26,466 nucleotides of DNA from a virus. Lineage: Duplodnaviria > Caudoviricetes. The notes below the pieces were generated by a model, which saw only the letters and a list, made by a program, of their open reading frames with translations, did not search any database and had not been told where the DNA came from. A program made the position numbers and the translations under genes. The stretch is taken from the IMG/VR virus record IMGVR_UViG_3300005764_000071, positions 1 through 26,466 of that record; one strand, 5' to 3'. Below are positions 22,880 to 26,466 of the stretch, in pieces; position 1 is the stretch's first letter; every line of letters starts with the position of its first letter.

Positions 22880-24993
22880 TAGGTTGCGCTGTCTTTGCCG
22901 GTCGAGGCACCGCCGCCGCCGGCTCCGGCCACGTTCACGTTAACATTGACCTTGGCAGCGGAGATGGCGGCGGCCGCTGCAGCACCGATTGCGCTGCCAA
23001 TGGCGCCAGGGTTGACCGCGCCTTGGAACGCCGAACCAGCGGCAGCACCGGCGGCCGAGAGCCCGGCGGTGGCCGTGCCCGAGAACGAGCTTCCGGCCGC
23101 AGTGCCGGCCGCTGCACCGCCGGCCTGCATTCCCGCCGAGGCGGTGCTGCCGATCTGCTCGCCGACGCCGGCGCCAGCGGTCTGAATGCTGCTTGCCGCG
23201 GTGCTGCCGATCTGCTCGCCGACGCCGGACATGTCGGGGACCTTGATTTCCGTCGCCTCGATCGCCGCCTTGAGCTCGGACACGTCGGGTTTGACCGGCA
23301 CCTCCGGCGCTGCCGCAGGTGTCACCTCCGCAGGCGGTGCCTCCGGCTTGGCACCACGAACCCAATCCCAAGCCCGCTTGAGAACGTTGCTGCCTTGCTC
23401 CTGCGCTTCCGTCTGCGTTTGGATATTTGTGAGAGCCCGGTCTGATTGCTGCGTGATCGCTTGATGCTGTGCGTCCCCCGCCTCCTTCGCCCGGTCTGCT
23501 ATTTCCCCATAATCTTCGCGCAGCGCCGAATTGAGATTTTTGAGTCCTCCGATGAAATCGCCACCCGCAATTTGGCCGAGTGCGCCAGCGACAGCTTGAA
23601 GTTGCCGGAAGGCGCCAGCAATGCCGCTGATCACGCCAGCCACGCCGCTCGCCGCTGCGCTCAACATCTTGAACGCCTCGGTCACGCCAGTGACGGCCGC
23701 GCTAACGTCGATGCCCTCGATAGCTGTCCTAAACTCCTCGAGCTTGGCCTTGAATGCGTCAGTCTGAATACCCTCGGCCGCGCCGCCGAGTATTTCTTGT
23801 AGCTTGGTGGTGATAGTGGTGCCGATCGCCGTCATCTCCGGCGCGATATTGAGCAGGCTTTGCCGCAGTTTCTCGCCGATGTCGGTCCATCCCGTTGTCG
23901 CCTGGCGCCCGATTTCGTCGCGCATCGCTGTAAACACGCCGATGACGCCAGCTTTCATCTGCTCAAAGGCAACGCCGGCCTCGGCTGTCTCCGCCGGCGC
24001 CATCGCCGGGACCTTCAATTGCGCGGCCTCGCGCGCCTCGCGCGCTTGCGTCATCGCCTGGTCGACTTGGGTTGCCGTCAAGACCGCAAACTGGTTGGCG
24101 AGCCGTTGTGGGAATGCCTGGTGAAGCGCATCAAAGAATTGCGTCATCGTGCTTTGCGCAGCGGTTCTAGCTTCCGGTGTGTCCGCTTCGGCGACCTGCG
24201 CCTGTAATTCGGCACGCCGCTGCGCGATGCGCCTTGCAATTGCGAGTGGCTCGCGCGTTTCCTCCTCGGTAATGCCGAGCGTCTCGAGCAGCGGCAATTT
24301 CTTTTCGGATGCGAGCGTCTTTTGTATGCCAGCAAAACTGCGCTCATAACCTTTGCCGAATAGTTGCGTGCCGGCTTCCCACTTGTCGCTCGCATCATCC
24401 CACGTTTCGCCGGTGCGTGCGGCAATGCTGGCGATTCTCTGGCCCTTTTGCGCTGCTTCGCCGGCCCAATCGAATGAGCTCTTGAGGAGCTCGACCGCCT
24501 TAGCTGCGCCCCATAGCGCGCCGAGGGCGAGTGTCACACCGCCGAGCGATGCTGCAGCTTGCGCCGCTGCTTCGGCCATCCCGCCGATTTGGCCGACTAT
24601 TGCGCCAGCTTTCTCGCCGATGTTTGCTCCCCACTGCTCCCACTGCGCGACGACGTCGGTCGGCGGTGCCGGCGCCTCCGGCGCGATCGGCGCAATGCGC
24701 TCGCCGCGCTCGGCACGGAACGCGGCGATGGCTTCCGGGGTACGCCGGGCGAGTTCCGCTGCCCATTCCTCCTCGCTCGGCGGCTTCGCCGTCGCGGTTA
24801 TCTCGCTCATTTTGAGGATGCGCTGCGACGTTTCCTCGGCTTGCTTTCCGAGGGCCTCAATTCCTTTGCCGCTTTCTACCGCTGCCGTGCCCGCCGACGA
24901 TTTCAGTGAGTCGAGCGAGCTCTTGAGCGCCTCGACCTTCTCTTGGCCGGTAACGTTGACGGTTAGGGTTGCAGTCGATTGAACGTCGGCCAT
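22879..24993 (-). CDS. Tape measure protein (704 aa)
   Basis: Long Ala/Gly-rich helical protein between chaperone and gp43-like gene. Confidence 0.88.
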   Translation of the reverse strand: MADVQSTATLTVNVTGQEKVEALKSSLDSLKSSAGTAAVESGKGIEALGKQAEETSQRILKMSEITATAKPPSEEEWAAELARRTPEAIAAFRAERGERIAPIAPEAPAPPTDVVAQWEQWGANIGEKAGAIVGQIGGMAEAAAQAAASLGGVTLALGALWGAAKAVELLKSSFDWAGEAAQKGQRIASIAARTGETWDDASDKWEAGTQLFGKGYERSFAGIQKTLASEKKLPLLETLGITEEETREPLAIARRIAQRRAELQAQVAEADTPEARTAAQSTMTQFFDALHQAFPQRLANQFAVLTATQVDQAMTQAREAREAAQLKVPAMAPAETAEAGVAFEQMKAGVIGVFTAMRDEIGRQATTGWTDIGEKLRQSLLNIAPEMTAIGTTITTKLQEILGGAAEGIQTDAFKAKLEEFRTAIEGIDVSAAVTGVTEAFKMLSAAASGVAGVISGIAGAFRQLQAVAGALGQIAGGDFIGGLKNLNSALREDYGEIADRAKEAGDAQHQAITQQSDRALTNIQTQTEAQEQGSNVLKRAWDWVRGAKPEAPPAEVTPAAAPEVPVKPDVSELKAAIEATEIKVPDMSGVGEQIGSTAASSIQTAGAGVGEQIGSTASAGMQAGGAAAGTAAGSSFSGTATAGLSAAGAAAGSAFQGAVNPGAIGSAIGAAAAAAISAAKVNVNVNVAGAGGGGASTGKDSAT
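23141..23228. repeat. 31-bp direct repeat with 57-nt period in tape measure C-terminus
   Basis: GCGGTGCTGCCGATCTGCTCGCCGACGCCGG at 23141-23171 and 23198-23228 (GVGEQIGSTA twice). Confidence 0.9.
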
Positions 24994-24996
24994 GTG

Positions 24997-25766
24997 TCAC
25001 GCCTCGAGGTCTTCCTCGTCGACCGCTCCTTGCTCCCTCATGGCCTTGTTGCGCTTCATGACGGTATCCCAAATCCGGGCAGCGCGTGCGATGGTGAGAT
25101 GGTCCCAGGACCCCGGCGGCCAACGATACTGCAGCGCTAGATAGTGGAAGTTTTCTTCCACCGTCCGCGCGACCTCACGAGCTTTCCCATGATGCGGGAC
25201 CTTATAATGAGGTAGTCGGTGTAATCGAGGTTATCGATGACTAGATCGGTCATCGGCAGGTTAACACCGACCAGCGTTCCGAACGTGCGCATGAATGCGC
25301 GGAATTCCTCGGCGCTGCCGGCTGGCGCGTCAAGGAATTCACTGATTTCGCCGAGCCGCCGCGCCTGAAACGAAATTTGCGTAATGTTTATCGGCTCCGG
25401 GTCCTCTTCGCCGCGCCTCAACGTGACCTTTTCGCGCAAGGTATAGAACAGGGGCGATGTCACGCCGTCGCCATTCTCGGGAGAGAGTTCAAAGCCTAAA
25501 ACGTCCTTACCGAGCGACGCAGCGCAGTCTGAAATCTCCGCCGCGTCGGATGCCTCGAGTTCGGTGGCCTTGAATGCAACCGTGTTGCCGCCGTTAACAG
25601 CACGGCAACAGCTTGCGACAAAATGCTCGAGTTGGTCTCGCGCCCGAAGTCCAACGAGCGGCAGCAGGTCTTTGGCTCTTGGTCGGTAGACAACAATCTC
25701 GCGCGACGTGCCACCGGCAATAGGAACGTCCTGCTGGAGGTCAAGCCGCGCGTACTCCTCGGCCAT
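24997..25766 (-). CDS. Frameshifted tail assembly chaperone (gpGT / P2 E+E'-like, about 256 aa)
   Basis: -1 frame after GGGAAAG reads 61 aa including YLALQYRWPPGSWDHLTI..A.RIW, ending TGA 3 nt before the tape measure ATG. Confidence 0.85.
25137..25766 (-). CDS. Tail assembly chaperone (Mu gp41-like, 209 aa)
   Basis: Between tube and tape measure; RPRAKDL and IDNLD..DY motifs. Confidence 0.85.
   Translation of the reverse strand: MAEEYARLDLQQDVPIAGGTSREIVVYRPRAKDLLPLVGLRARDQLEHFVASCCRAVNGGNTVAFKATELEASDAAEISDCAASLGKDVLGFELSPENGDGVTSPLFYTLREKVTLRRGEEDPEPINITQISFQARRLGEISEFLDAPAGSAEEFRAFMRTFGTLVGVNLPMTDLVIDNLDYTDYLIIRSRIMGKLVRSRGRWKKTSTI
25182..25188 (-). other. -1 ribosomal frameshift slippery site G GGA AAG
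   Basis: Same heptamer as lambda G-T, in the correct X XXY YYZ phase, 14 codons before stop. Confidence 0.85.
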
Positions 25767-25775
25767 GGCTCACCG

Positions 25776-26150
25776 TTACGCTTGCAGTGGCAAGAGCTCG
25801 GTCATCTCGTCCATGATCATCTCGACGGCCTGCAGGTTGGTCTTGGTGTCGTAAGTGTCCTGCGAGATGTTGGAAGCGTGCTCGGTCGAGAACGTCCGCC
25901 CGTCGCAGAGTTCGACCACCATGGCCACGTCGCAAAGCTCTTGGATCTGCCGCACATACATGTCGATCGGCACGAGCAGGGTGGCGTTCACTTTTGGATT
26001 TCTCTTTTCCATTGTGAACTCACCGTAGTGCGCCTCGCTGCGGTTCTGATCCGACACCAAGACCGTCACGTCGCCGTCCGATTGCAGTCGCATGGTGCGC
26101 CCGTTGATGACGAAGTTCAGAACGCCCTTGCATTTAATGCAGAATGCCAT
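25776..26150 (-). CDS. Tail tube protein (124 aa)
   Basis: Immediately after sheath; Mu gpM-like size and beta-rich pattern (NF.ING, VVEL.DG..F). Confidence 0.85.
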   Translation of the reverse strand: MAFCIKCKGVLNFVINGRTMRLQSDGDVTVLVSDQNRSEAHYGEFTMEKRNPKVNATLLVPIDMYVRQIQELCDVAMVVELCDGRTFSTEHASNISQDTYDTKTNLQAVEMIMDEMTELLPLQA

Positions 26151-26156
26151 GGCTCA

Positions 26157-26466
26157 TCACCTCTGGAACGTGCCACCGCCCGGCACGTAAGAGCCCGGTA
26201 ACAGCACCGGCGGGATGCATGCGAACTCCGGCGACGCATCGATCGTGGTCGCGATGCGGGCGAGTTGATTGACGAGGTCGATGTCGAGCAGAACGTTGAC
26301 ACGATTCGGGTCGCAGAAATTCGGCGTATTGGTGCGCTCGACGCGGACCATGCGCTCGAGGTAGCCGGGGTCCTCCACCGTCCACCCGAGTTGCGTGCCG
26401 CGCAGCCACGCCAGAATGCTCGCCTGCAGGATGCGCGGAGACACCGCACGTTTCCCGGGAGGGATC
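26157..26466 (-). CDS. Tail sheath protein C-terminus (partial, Mu gpL-like)
   Basis: VER...DPNRVNVLLDIDLVNQL motif; frame stays open to window edge. Confidence 0.88.
   Translation of the reverse strand, partial: IPPGKRAVSPRILQASILAWLRGTQLGWTVEDPGYLERMVRVERTNTPNFCDPNRVNVLLDIDLVNQLARIATTIDASPEFACIPPVLLPGSYVPGGGTFQR

Larger units (their letters stand above)
1..26466. mobile_element. Temperate phage with Mu-like contractile tail; segment spanning intact attP
   Basis: Integrase plus tRNA-derived att core with phage genes on both sides; tail, baseplate, fibre and lysis genes in Mu-like order; no host housekeeping genes. Confidence 0.95.

Noticed and set aside
1-26466. Transposable Mu-type phage
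   Set aside because: Only the tail module is Mu-like; integration is by tyrosine integrase at a tRNA and no transposase is seen.

Overview
26.5 kb of a GC-rich temperate myovirus, probably infecting an alphaproteobacterium (Hyphomicrobiales-like), seen in its non-integrated form. The + strand (1-4381) carries the end of an early operon: small hypothetical genes, two excisionase-like HTH genes and a tyrosine integrase. It is followed by an intact attP made of the 3' 47 bp of tRNA-Pro(UGG) flanked on both sides by GTGGYCAYAC arm repeats. The - strand (26466-5371) carries the end of the late operon: a Mu-like contractile tail (sheath C-terminus, tube, chaperone with GGGAAAG -1 frameshift, tape measure, gp43-48-like baseplate), eight fibre/spike-type genes, a 588-aa multi-domain endolysin and several small membrane proteins. 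Most notable: (i) fibre proteins with complementary terminal motifs (C-terminal D-[DG]-G-x-Y, N-terminal I-[QK]-x-[KR]-R) suggesting a plug-and-socket chained fibre, plus three paralogous baseplate-anchor domains; (ii) a strongly Cys-enriched baseplate reminiscent of the disulfide-linked tail of Agrobacterium phage Milano; (iii) three unannotated structured RNA elements; (iv) micro-ORFs missed by the ORF track. All family assignments are from motif recognition by eye; no searches were run.
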